Notes under the pieces: generated by a model
Told to the model about the DNA's origin: nothing
Seen by the model: the letters and a program-made list of their open reading frames with translations, nothing else
Database searches by the model: none
Program-made: the position numbers and the translations under genes
In this document: positions 33,551 to 41,402 of the stretch, one piece after another
Numbering within the stretch: position 1 is the first letter of the stretch
Layout of the letters: each line of letters opens with the position of its first letter
NCBI GenBank assembly: GCA_021847065.1
Contig: JAJZVR010000001.1
Span: forward strand, 1 to 41,402
Direction of reading: 5' to 3'
Length of the DNA stretch: 41,402 nt
DNA from: Planctomycetota bacterium
Lineage (GTDB): Bacteria > Planctomycetota > Phycisphaerae > WQYP01

Positions 33551-34132
33551 CTACCGTTCCCACCTCCGGCAGTACTGCCGGTGGTAGTCGCGGATGAACC
33601 GATCGTACTCCCCGGGCGTGTCCTGTTTCTTGACCAGCAACTTGGCCAAACTCTCGGATACCTGGATCATCAGCCGTTTCATCTCCTCATCAGAGATACG
33701 CCCGTCGGCATGGATATCTTCGATGAAGCCATTGCGGAAGGCGTAGGCACACAGTGCGTTCGCCTCGTCGCGCAGCGTGAACGCCACTGGCATAGCCACC
33801 GCCTCTAACGGCGATGGCAAGTCTACACCAAGCAGGTCCTTGACCTTCGCCGCTCGCCGGTAGATTTCGTCCATTCGTACACCGAACGCAGATTCAAGTT
33901 CTCGGTTCAGTATACCGGGAACGCCTACGCCGCGGCTACCTACCGCATAGACAATGCCCCCGGCCCATCCTGCCGGCTTCTTTACCAATACATCTTTTGC
34001 CTGTTTGTGGGCCAGCAACAAATCCAAGGCTCTCAACGCGCGTTCCTGCAACGCCTCATCGGGGTGGGCGTCAAAGAATCGGTTCAAATGTTCACGGATC
34101 GCTATATCGCGATTCTGGTTGGTCGTATTCAT
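33551..34132 (-). CDS. hypothetical protein
   Basis: 193 aa from MNTTNQNRD. KPAGWAGGIVYAVG resembles a motif of an uncharacterised DUF family; this is an unverified recollection. Confidence 0.6.
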   Translation of the reverse strand: MNTTNQNRDIAIREHLNRFFDAHPDEALQERALRALDLLLAHKQAKDVLVKKPAGWAGGIVYAVGSRGVGVPGILNRELESAFGVRMDEIYRRAAKVKDLLGVDLPSPLEAVAMPVAFTLRDEANALCAYAFRNGFIEDIHADGRISDEEMKRLMIQVSESLAKLLVKKQDTPGEYDRFIRDYHRQYCRRWER

Positions 34133-34224
34133 AATCACCGCTCCGGTTACGATTGTACTGGATAGCCATCTATCGGTCGGTGGCTTGATTTTTACCACCA
34201 TTAATCAAGGCCAGTCCAACATTG

Positions 34225-35178
34225 CTACGTGATGCCAAGACAATGCAGGGCGGCGGCAGTCGCCACGCCGACGCCAACCTGATTGGCGACTTGCCAAACC
34301 CATGTTCCCGCCTTGGCTAAATACTGGAAGGCGGCGGGACCATCGCCGCGCTTGGCCGAATTCTCCGCCGCAGCGATCGCTCCGAGCGCAATATCGTGAT
34401 CCGCGTCAACAGCCCTTGACTTCAACGTGGCACGAAGCTTTTCTAGTTCATGCGTGAGTGCGTTCAAATCGATACTACCGGATGATTGACTCCAGATTTG
34501 ATTGAATGAAATATTCTCTGCGTGTGCGCCTCGACCAACTGCGGCTGCCTGACCCACCATGTAATTGTCGCCCATGATCATGACCGGTGCCGATGGCCTG
34601 CTCTTTCTCCGACCAGATTGAGCACTGAGTTCTTCCGCCATGGCTTCAAGGCAGTTGGCTATGTCCTCGGCCACCTCTTTCGGATCGCGGTATTTCCCGA
34701 AGTTCTGGTGCCACTGCGTGAAGTAGTCACAACCGATCTGAAACTCATCAAGCAACGTCCGCAATGTATTTCCACGCTCCCGCACCGTCGGTCGTGGATG
34801 TTTCCGCGCAAGCTCGGCTGTTTCATATAGCGCCTTCTGGATGTCGAGAAATCTCGGCGTCATCCGTCGGTACGATTCGGTCAATTCCTCATCCGGCTGT
34901 GCAAAGTGATCGCATTCTTCTTCCGCGACATATGCGAACGCTTTGCCGTTCCTGTTCGCATAATTCAGGCGATCTTCATGCTGATACACCCATACTGTGT
35001 CATTTGCAATCGTCACATAGCAGCAGTTTCCATATTTCTTCGCGGTTTCCTCAAGGAATGCCAGCCACAGCGGACATACATTTCGGAAATTACCGGGAAG
35101 TGATTTCAGCGCCTTCGCCAATGCAAGTTCGACGTTAGGAAACGCACCATTGGTTGATGACGTGGACATATTCAACAC
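34225..35178 (-). CDS. hypothetical protein (317 aa)
   Basis: Long ORF (GTG 35178 or ATG 35169). Cys-containing N-terminal domain, then a Gly/Ala-rich segment GDNYMVGQAAAVGRGAHAENISF and a helical amphipathic C-terminus. No family recognised. Confidence 0.65.
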   Translation of the reverse strand: MLNMSTSSTNGAFPNVELALAKALKSLPGNFRNVCPLWLAFLEETAKKYGNCCYVTIANDTVWVYQHEDRLNYANRNGKAFAYVAEEECDHFAQPDEELTESYRRMTPRFLDIQKALYETAELARKHPRPTVRERGNTLRTLLDEFQIGCDYFTQWHQNFGKYRDPKEVAEDIANCLEAMAEELSAQSGRRKSRPSAPVMIMGDNYMVGQAAAVGRGAHAENISFNQIWSQSSGSIDLNALTHELEKLRATLKSRAVDADHDIALGAIAAAENSAKRGDGPAAFQYLAKAGTWVWQVANQVGVGVATAAALHCLGIT

Positions 35179-35474
35179 CGTCTATCTCGGGCACCTTACC
35201 GCTGAGGGTAGGTAACAGGCCCGGAAAAGTTGAATTATAAACCAGCGGGAAGGCGTGGCCAATCGTACGGTCTGCGGCGGTAAGAAATCATGAGATTTTG
35301 AGACTGACACGAGTAACTCTTTAATACATCGCCACTTTAGGGTGGGGCTCTAAAATGGTCTCAAATACCATGACACTGTGGTGCGCCAAGCAGACTACTG
35401 CGATATATCCTCCAGCGGCGCATGTTTTAACGATTCCACGCCATTGCTGTTTATGCCATCAGGATTTTTGACGA

Positions 35475-35684
35475 CTACTTTGTATCGCCACCGGCAGCGG
35501 TGTCACTATTGAGCGCCGTAGTATCATTATGTGGCACGGTAGTGCTCGCGTCCGCATTCGTGGTCGTGACGGGCGCGTCTATTAATAGTGTTTCCAATGG
35601 GACCGGCGGTGTAGTAGTTTGTGCAGATCGCTGCTCATAGTCGGTCCCAGTGAGGACTTTCTGAATGTAACTTGAATTCGTCAT
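35475..35684 (-). CDS. small acidic Thr-rich protein, paralog B
   Basis: ATG 35684 is preceded by AAAGGAG and overlaps the upstream stop (ATGA). Shares T[DE]YxQxSAxTxxPxVPL[DE]xLL with the upstream ORF. Confidence 0.55.
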   Translation of the reverse strand: MTNSSYIQKVLTGTDYEQRSAQTTTPPVPLETLLIDAPVTTTNADASTTVPHNDTTALNSDTAAGGDTK

Positions 35685-35914
35685 AGTTGGCTCCTTTCGT
35701 CATTTTTCTTGTCGGTAGACACCGAAGCTTTTCTGATCATATCTGGTTGCGCTGATTGATGCGTTTCATTCAGTGTTATTGGTACTTCCGATGCAGCTCT
35801 GAGGAGGTCGTCCAATGGAACCTCTGGCATTGCTGTGCGCGCACTAAACTGAAGGTATTCAGTTTTATTAATCTCACTCGTTCGATCGGTTCGTTCGTCA
35901 TTTGGTTCGGTCAT
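35681..35914 (-). CDS. small acidic protein, paralog A
   Basis: ATG 35914 is preceded by GGAG. MTEPNDERTDRTSEINKTEYLQFSARTAMPEVPLDDLL... is paralogous to the next ORF. Confidence 0.55.
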   Translation of the reverse strand: MTEPNDERTDRTSEINKTEYLQFSARTAMPEVPLDDLLRAASEVPITLNETHQSAQPDMIRKASVSTDKKNDERSQL

Positions 35915-36434
35915 ATGAAATACTCCATGAAAAAGATGATGAAGGTGCTGCGTTCTGATGTGGCGAAAGATTGAGCACGCCAAACACGAGCATGCAAATG
36001 ACCCCAAGAAAAAGGCATATCATCGCTGCCCAGTTAAGATAGTCTATCCAAGGATTCAATTTTGGGTCGCCGAGTCTGTCCTCGTTATATTTTTGGGTGA
36101 AGTCTGTTTTGTGTTCCTTGATAAGTCTGTCAGCCCGTTCGATTTCCTCAGTATTTGCTCGATACGTTGTGCGAAGGTTAAATAAAACACATGCTGCTGC
36201 CGAAGCGAGAAAAAACCACGAAAATAACAAAAATTGTGGGCATACTGGGGACTTCCCAAAGACACTCAAAAGCGTCAGCGAAAGAACCAATGCCCCACCT
36301 GCTCCTGCGAGTGTGTATTTGTCAAAAAGTCCTACTGACTTTCGCCGTGCAACTTCCCACTGAATGCGGATTTCGGAATACTGCTTATGACTTGCCCGGA
36401 TAGCATCCTGCAACTGCTGTTTATCTGCTTCCAT
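35898..36434 (-). CDS. 3-TM membrane protein with N-terminal cytoplasmic helix
   Basis: Helix MEADKQQLQDAIRASHKQYSEIRIQWEVARRK. TM pair LAGAGGALVLSLTLLSVF and FLLFSWFFLASAAACVLF. Helical linker, then a third TM AAMICLFLGVICMLVFGVL. Confidence 0.7.
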   Translation of the reverse strand: MEADKQQLQDAIRASHKQYSEIRIQWEVARRKSVGLFDKYTLAGAGGALVLSLTLLSVFGKSPVCPQFLLFSWFFLASAAACVLFNLRTTYRANTEEIERADRLIKEHKTDFTQKYNEDRLGDPKLNPWIDYLNWAAMICLFLGVICMLVFGVLNLSPHQNAAPSSSFSWSISYDRTK

Positions 36435-36899
36435 TCTCAGAGTCCGTTCACGAAAGCCGTCAATGACTTAACCTATTGTATCAAGACGTGGGATGTGTCT
36501 CCAGTAATCCAGAATTTCCATGAGATTGCCTTGCACCGGGCCAGTTTAGCGTTGCTATGGTGACTGTCCGTCACACTATTTATTTGACCAATACGGAATA
36601 GTGACTTCCATTTATCAAACATTCTATTGAGGACGTATTCTTGTGAGCGGACACCTACCACTCGTCTAATTTATGACATAGCAAGATAGCGTATGGTATT
36701 ATTAAAATATCATCAAATTTATTAGCATAAGCACCCTCGTAAGATGCAATACGTAAAATCTTCTATAACCATTACAATTGCGTGTATGGTCATCGTCACA
36801 GTCTTTTATCTTGGTATTGAATATGAGAAGGTATTCAATGAGAATCCAACCCTTATAGCCAATTGCATTTCGACAATACCAAACGTATCACAATAACAA

Positions 36900-38855
36900 T
36901 CATGCGCTACCACGAATACGAACTAGAAAACGTGGGCGAGTTAAAACAAAACAGAAAAGAACAACATATATCACTGTCGATGTGGAGGGTTCAGGCACGG
37001 CAGTTCCCCCCAAGTCGAGAGTAAAATCGGTTGTTGCCCCGCTCCAAAAATTGTCTGCTGTGGGCACGCTCGGGCCGCCACCAAGGATCTGGGCATCTTC
37101 GGGAAATCCGTTTCCTGAAGCGGTCACGATTCCAGCCAGCGCGGTGCTCACATCTGACGCGAAAGTTGGAAAGTCCAACTGGTCGTGCGGGGATAGCGTA
37201 TCGAGCACCTGCTCGACAGCTATTGAGAGTTGCGATTGGCCCAAGTTGGAATAATACGACTCATACTTCTCGTTGGCGGCGGCGATGATGGCACTATGAT
37301 CCAGTCCTGCAAGGTATAGCGGACCTTTTGAACCTGGGCCCGCCCACATGCCGCCAGCGTAGCATGAGTCAATTATAAAAAGCTTGTTAACCCCAGTCCA
37401 TTCTGAGTTACCAAATAATTTGGCGAATGTTGGCGCGTCAATAGCATCCTCTGGAGGAGCTGATAACAAGCCGCTTTTGGAAACGACTCCTTGTAGCGCT
37501 AATTCGGTGGGAACCGAGGTTGTAGTGTATTGGTTGGGCCCAATTTGGCGTTGAATAGAAGCTTCCGTATTAGAATCATTCGGATCATAAGTGCCGTGAG
37601 TATTGATATAAATAATGGCGAGATCGTTCGGGTGTAGTTTAGCACCCATAGCGGAGATTGCTGAATCCAATGCGCTCACGTTACTCGTAGCCGAAATACC
37701 CGCAGCAGCTATACTCGTGTTATCCACGATACCACCAAGGTGTGCACCAAATGCCTGAGATACCTGGAAAGCATTAATACCTCCCAATAAGCCAGGGCTG
37801 AGATCGCTTGGCCCATTTGGTGGCCATGTTACTCCAAAAGATAGAATATGAACCGGTGGTAATCGTGCCGTCGCAATGGCCACTGGCACTTTATTAACCG
37901 TCCCCGCACTCCCATTTGAGACGCTGTAATACAGCCAGTTGCCATCCGTCGTCATGCTGGTCACGTTGCCAGCGGCAATTGTTGTGAGCGGTATGGATTT
38001 GGCTGCCGAGACTGAATACTGTTCAATCGTGTTCCCGTTGGTATAGAAAACATTTCCGTTTGTTGCAGTATATCCCGTGACGCTACCAGAAATAAGTGCC
38101 GTTGGCGTTCCACCGGTCTGTGCCACACTATCAATGCCGCCACCGCCAATGTTGAGATACAGAGAGCCGGAATCTGTGGCAAAGGGGGACGCATTTTGCG
38201 GCCCAGTCAGCGTTGATACCGACTGTGTGCCGTAGCTGAACTTCAAAATATCTTGCGACCAATAATCTTGAAAATACGCGCCGGTAGTGTCCGTCGTCAT
38301 ACCACGCACCCATACACCGCTGGCGACTGTCGTCGATGAGCCGCCCGTAGTGAGGACGGCATTGATGTCACGAAAGTTGCTTGAGTAGTAGACGTTGCCG
38401 TCTGACTGCCCCATGTATACCCCGCCATACGATGACGCAAGCGTCTGTGTCGTCCCAGTGGCAGGGTTCCCAGCGAACATGGTGGTGTTATCGTAATCAC
38501 CGTAGCCGCCAAACACTCCAGTGGAGCCAACCGAATAGTTGCCGATGCCGCTATACCCTCCAATGTCCGGTTCATAATTTGCTAGGCCAGAGAAAAGCAC
38601 GTTGGATGTTCCACCACCAGTGGAAACATTTGCGAGCGTATCGTTTGGATGAGTCGATGTGTCGACAAAATACAGGTTCCCGCCATACATTTGGAGGTCG
38701 TTGGGGTTATCCAAGCCGCTGACGACAGTTATCGCATCTGCCGCAACTCGTCCCGCCACACCTACGGCGAGCGATAGCGCCGCCGCCCATATATACGCGG
38801 CACCACGTCGGCTGACATTTCCACGACGGCACGTATTGAAGGTATTCCTTCCCAT
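36900..38855 (-). CDS. PEP-CTERM exoprotein: beta-propeller-like repeats + caspase/metacaspase-like (C14-like) domain
   Basis: Signal peptide AAYIWAAALSLAVGVAGRVAA. Repeated G-x-(L/V/F)-Y-(Y/F) blades (GNLYFVD, GNVYYSS, GSLYLNI, GNVFYTN, NWLYYSV). His-Cys dyad context AIIYINTHGTYD and KLFIIDSCYAGG. C-terminal VPEPSTSTVIYVVLFCFVLTRPR. Confidence 0.85.
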   Translation of the reverse strand: MGRNTFNTCRRGNVSRRGAAYIWAAALSLAVGVAGRVAADAITVVSGLDNPNDLQMYGGNLYFVDTSTHPNDTLANVSTGGGTSNVLFSGLANYEPDIGGYSGIGNYSVGSTGVFGGYGDYDNTTMFAGNPATGTTQTLASSYGGVYMGQSDGNVYYSSNFRDINAVLTTGGSSTTVASGVWVRGMTTDTTGAYFQDYWSQDILKFSYGTQSVSTLTGPQNASPFATDSGSLYLNIGGGGIDSVAQTGGTPTALISGSVTGYTATNGNVFYTNGNTIEQYSVSAAKSIPLTTIAAGNVTSMTTDGNWLYYSVSNGSAGTVNKVPVAIATARLPPVHILSFGVTWPPNGPSDLSPGLLGGINAFQVSQAFGAHLGGIVDNTSIAAAGISATSNVSALDSAISAMGAKLHPNDLAIIYINTHGTYDPNDSNTEASIQRQIGPNQYTTTSVPTELALQGVVSKSGLLSAPPEDAIDAPTFAKLFGNSEWTGVNKLFIIDSCYAGGMWAGPGSKGPLYLAGLDHSAIIAAANEKYESYYSNLGQSQLSIAVEQVLDTLSPHDQLDFPTFASDVSTALAGIVTASGNGFPEDAQILGGGPSVPTADNFWSGATTDFTLDLGGTAVPEPSTSTVIYVVLFCFVLTRPRFLVRIRGSA

Positions 38856-39174
38856 TGTTTTATCCCTTTCTTCTCATGCACCACATTCGATGACCCACGA
38901 TACCGAGAATTGGTGGTGCGATTACTCTCAATCCGTTCACTGTACGATCTGAACGGTACGAACATTCTGTTTGCCTGGCACAATTGAATAGTAATTATCA
39001 CGACCGATAACTACTGTGTCAATGTATCTGGGTGTAGATTATTCGATTTTTCTTTTCTTCTTAACCAGTTTTGTTCGCTTCCGCCGCCTGCGCGGTGGGG
39101 TGGTCGTGAGACTACCCTTGTTGTTTTTGTTTTTCATGTCCATTCCCTAAAGGACATCTTAAGGACATTTCCTG

Positions 39175-39378
39175 TTTTTCTGCCCCCACCCTACCTGCGG
39201 ACGGCGTGAGCCGCCGAGGCGAGCGTGAGCGAGCCGAAGGCCTCTCTCCCGTGAGGGAGAGAGGGCCGCTTTCTGACGAGGCGCCACGCTCGAAAAATAC
39301 GATAAACCGTTGTAACACAAGGACTAAACGGAAATGGTGCCCTTCCCCCCTGGGGGAAGGGTGAGGGGAAGGGTTAAA
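39175..39378. repeat. IR2-R: right copy of the ~203-bp hairpin-rich inverted repeat
   Basis: Reverse complement of 12938-13140. The differences seen are the palindrome-centre base, T/C at the GCGCCTTG/GCGCCTCG site, one extra C before CTCTCTCCC, and G/A in GGTGGGG/GGTAGGG. Confidence 0.9.
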
Positions 39379-39486
39379 AAGCGGTATAATCGGGGTTGTC
39401 TTTTATAAATAATTGGATTGCTGAGAGCAGACGTTCAGGTGTTCTAACATCGTTCTGCTCACACCGTTAAAAACAATTGTGCGTTC

Positions 39487-39513
39487 AAAAACCCTTGTCT
39501 AACAAGGGTTTTT
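39487..39513. terminator. bidirectional intrinsic terminator-like hairpin
   Basis: AAAAACCCTTG-TCTAA-CAAGGGTTTTT is symmetric, with A/T runs on both sides. It lies about 330 nt downstream of the rsmE stop. Confidence 0.55.
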
Positions 39514-39839
39514 GCGTTTCGATCTGTCTGCACCAATAGTCGCTGTCCCAAAACTGTCCCAATCCGCCGCTGGCGGTCATCGCCCCGATACCGTCGCCCC
39601 GTGGAGTGTTTGTGCACCGAAATGCGGACCGCACCTCACCATCACAATTAATTAAACGTCAGTTCGGGATAAGGAATTGAAATAAAAGGCCTCCTGGCAC
39701 GTAGAAACTATTGGTGGTGTGTGTGAAGCATACCTGTTTTTTACGGCAAGGAGGCCAAACATGGATAGCGACATTGCCTTTGAATAGAGGGGGCCTGGCA
39801 GGATTTGCCACCACCAGTTGGGCATTAAGAATGAACCTG

Positions 39840-40604
39840 TCATTGCGAGGGGGTGCTACCTGCCAATCGTAACGCCGCCTGGGCGATTGCCGTGGCGGCG
39901 GCGGCGGCCGTTTCAATGCGCAAAATGTTATTTCCCAGACGCACGGGGGCGGCTACCTGCCTGAGCATTTCCTGTTCCGGCTGACTCCATCCACCCTCCG
40001 GCCCAATCATGATCGTAATAACCGAGCTTTCCGCGCGTGGCACTTGTGCGGTGTTTTGCCGTTGCCACTCGATGAGGCGTTGAAACAAATCATCCGTGGC
40101 ATCAACATGTGTCCATATAAGTGTTCCCAGGCCCGCGTTCGCCAGAAGTTGCCGGGGCGTTTGTGGCTCTTTAATTGCCAGTATGCGGGACCTTCCGCAC
40201 TGCCTGGCGGATTCAATGGCCAGACGCACCCACTTCTCCATTTTTCCGGCTTCAGCACTGGGGTGTACCACGCTGTAGCGGCAGTCCAGCCAGATCAGGG
40301 CAGTGGCGCCGAGTTGGCTGATCTGCTCCAGCAACTGATGCGAACGATCCGCTTTAGGTACGGCGGTGGCTATGTTCAGGCTGTACGGCGGGGCGGGATC
40401 AACGGTAATCGGGCCGGATAATTCATAATGGGCGTGCTTTTTTTCCATGATTATGCGGGCCGGGGCTGATTGCCCGGCACCGTCAAAAATAATTACGCTT
40501 TGACCATTATCCAGGCGTAACACATCACGGGCGTGATGCGCTTGATCATCCGGCAGTTCGCCCGCAGCGACCAGGGGTGAAACATAAAACCGCGGCATGC
40601 TCAT
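39840..40604 (-). CDS. rsmE: 16S rRNA (uracil1498-N3)-methyltransferase
   Basis: N-terminal MPRFYVSP motif. HHARDVLRLDNGQSVIIFDGAG. C-terminal SPOUT knot IGPEGGWSQPEQE...VRLGNNILRIETAA. Confidence 0.88.
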   Translation of the reverse strand: MSMPRFYVSPLVAAGELPDDQAHHARDVLRLDNGQSVIIFDGAGQSAPARIIMEKKHAHYELSGPITVDPAPPYSLNIATAVPKADRSHQLLEQISQLGATALIWLDCRYSVVHPSAEAGKMEKWVRLAIESARQCGRSRILAIKEPQTPRQLLANAGLGTLIWTHVDATDDLFQRLIEWQRQNTAQVPRAESSVITIMIGPEGGWSQPEQEMLRQVAAPVRLGNNILRIETAAAAATAIAQAALRLAGSTPSQ

Positions 40605-40613
40605 AAGCGTGAC

Positions 40614-41354
40614 TCATTGAAAAACCACTTTGGGTACGGTTGTGGATTTATTGATTCGGCTCAGGATAAGTAAATCCGCATCGGAATTGACGCCCGATGC
40701 ACCAGTCCATTTAAGCATGGAATTCGTGATTCGAAAACCGCGTTCCACCGCGACGGGCGGAAAATCGGCGGCACTGTTTCTCTGCGGATCGCTGATCCAT
40801 ACCACGCCCCGCGGTGCCAGAAGATGATCAATGGCATCAAGAAGAATTGGATGCAGCCGCCGTTCATAAAGCACATCAGATGCGATAATCCAATCAAATG
40901 TTTCGTTGATTGGTTCGCGCCAATCCATGTGGCGGGCGTGAACCAGATGGGCGGGAATGTTGTTGCAATTGGCATTAAAGGCGGCAAAATCGACCGCCTC
41001 GGGATCATAATCGGTGAACGTAACATGCCAGCCGCGCATGGTGGCCGCGATACCGGCAATGCCCAGGCCACATCCCAGTTCAATAGCCCGCCCCGGCTCT
41101 GTGCCAGGGTGGTGCGGCAAGCTTGGCGGTGAATCCTGGTCGTTTAAAATATGTTCCGCCAACATGAGGCTGCTGGGCCAGATCACTGGCCAGTAAGGCA
41201 GGTAGTTATCTTTTTTATACCGTGCTTCCACGGTTGGATCATCCAGCAGCGAATCGGGATCAGCGGGGGCGAATATTTCCAGCCGGTGCGCACCAGCCAT
41301 CAATTCATGAAGTCGGATCGGATAACGGGATTGCAATGGCGGGCGCTGCGTCAT
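40614..41354 (-). CDS. class I SAM-dependent methyltransferase (Methyltransf_16 / PrmA-like)
   Basis: YWPVIWPSSLMLAEHI, SAM motif I AIELGCGLGIAGIAA, acidic loop VTFTDYDPEAV, and IIASDVLYE. Its position upstream of rsmE parallels prmA-rsmE synteny in other bacteria. Confidence 0.82.
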   Translation of the reverse strand: MTQRPPLQSRYPIRLHELMAGAHRLEIFAPADPDSLLDDPTVEARYKKDNYLPYWPVIWPSSLMLAEHILNDQDSPPSLPHHPGTEPGRAIELGCGLGIAGIAATMRGWHVTFTDYDPEAVDFAAFNANCNNIPAHLVHARHMDWREPINETFDWIIASDVLYERRLHPILLDAIDHLLAPRGVVWISDPQRNSAADFPPVAVERGFRITNSMLKWTGASGVNSDADLLILSRINKSTTVPKVVFQ

Positions 41355-41402
41355 CGGTGCTTTTCCGATCCAGATATTACTGGTGCTGTGGCGGGGGAAG
41401 TC

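Larger units (their letters stand above)
10405..39378. mobile_element. tRNA-Ser-associated genomic island (integrative mobilisable element-like), about 29 kb
   Basis: Housekeeping genes lie on both sides (ppk1/tRNA-Ser and rsmE). The interior carries a serine recombinase, a replication-relaxation protein, TraD/VirD4-like ATPases, a primase, and defence-like and exoprotein cargo. The left edge is at the tRNA 3' end and the right edge is taken as the outer end of IR2-R. Boundaries are inferred, not proven. Confidence 0.7.

Noticed and set aside
39039-39137. 32-aa very basic minus-strand ORF (MKNKNNKGSLTTTPPRRRRKRTKLVKKKRKIE) just inside IR2-R, vaguely like the basic tail of ATPase copy 1.
   Set aside because: It is very short with only a weak SD (GGGAA), and its similarity to the ATPase tail is compositional only. 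It could be a gene remnant, but I cannot support calling it.
12930-39390. Target-site duplication flanking IR2, or a direct repeat of the tRNA-Ser 3' end at the right island border.
   Set aside because: I compared the flanks by eye (left ...GAATTTCTGGCA, right AAGCGGTATAAT...) and scanned 39379-39839 for GGTTCGAATCCCAC-like sequence. I found neither.
1-41402. CRISPR arrays, rRNA genes, reverse transcriptase (retron/DGR/group II intron), and classical DDE transposases.
   Set aside because: I saw no regularly spaced direct repeats in any intergenic region, and no ORF has RT (YxDD) or DDE transposase hallmarks.

Overview
This 41.4-kb bacterial chromosomal window has a core / accessory / core layout. 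The left core arm (1-10409) carries a proS 5' fragment, pheA, an unassignable 369-aa gene, and a ketosynthase pair. In that pair the upstream member has Gln in place of the catalytic Cys and lacks both catalytic His (KS/CLF-like). The arm continues with a PyrK-like flavoprotein, a GT-B glycosyltransferase, ppk1 and tRNA-Ser(GGA). From the 3' end of the tRNA to about 39378 lies a roughly 29-kb accessory island. Core genes resume with rsmE and a SAM-dependent methyltransferase. The island has a nested inverted-repeat architecture. (i) A large serine recombinase plus a membrane-anchored ORF sit between two perfect 144-bp inverted repeats; the left copy contains the tRNA 3' end and the recombinase C-terminal codons. 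(ii) About 75 bp further on, a 26.4-kb cargo segment is bracketed by roughly 203-bp, about 98% identical inverted repeats full of GC hairpins. The cargo has several parts. One is a T4SS-less DNA-mobilisation set: a replication-relaxation protein, two soluble TraD/VirD4-like P-loop ATPases, a CHC2-Toprim primase operon and a NYN protein. Another is three PEP-CTERM exoproteins: a lectin-like protein, a HAF-repeat lipase, and a beta-propeller fused to a caspase-like domain. The third is a defence/toxin-like stretch of poorly characterised genes (27.3-36.4 kb): NYN, an HTH/DUF5753-like regulator, an Rx4H HEPN protein, an SDR, a protein-kinase-fold protein with a translationally coupled 51-aa ORF, a 3-TM protein with two paralogous small acidic proteins, and two unknowns. 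I saw no CRISPR array, rRNA, reverse transcriptase or classical transposase. The best candidates for something undescribed are the nested-IR serine-recombinase architecture and the 27-36 kb cargo modules. PEP-CTERM signals and HAF repeats imply a Gram-negative host with an exosortase; Planctomycetota or Verrucomicrobiota is only a guess. All functional calls come from motif recognition by eye, and no database search or structure prediction was run.
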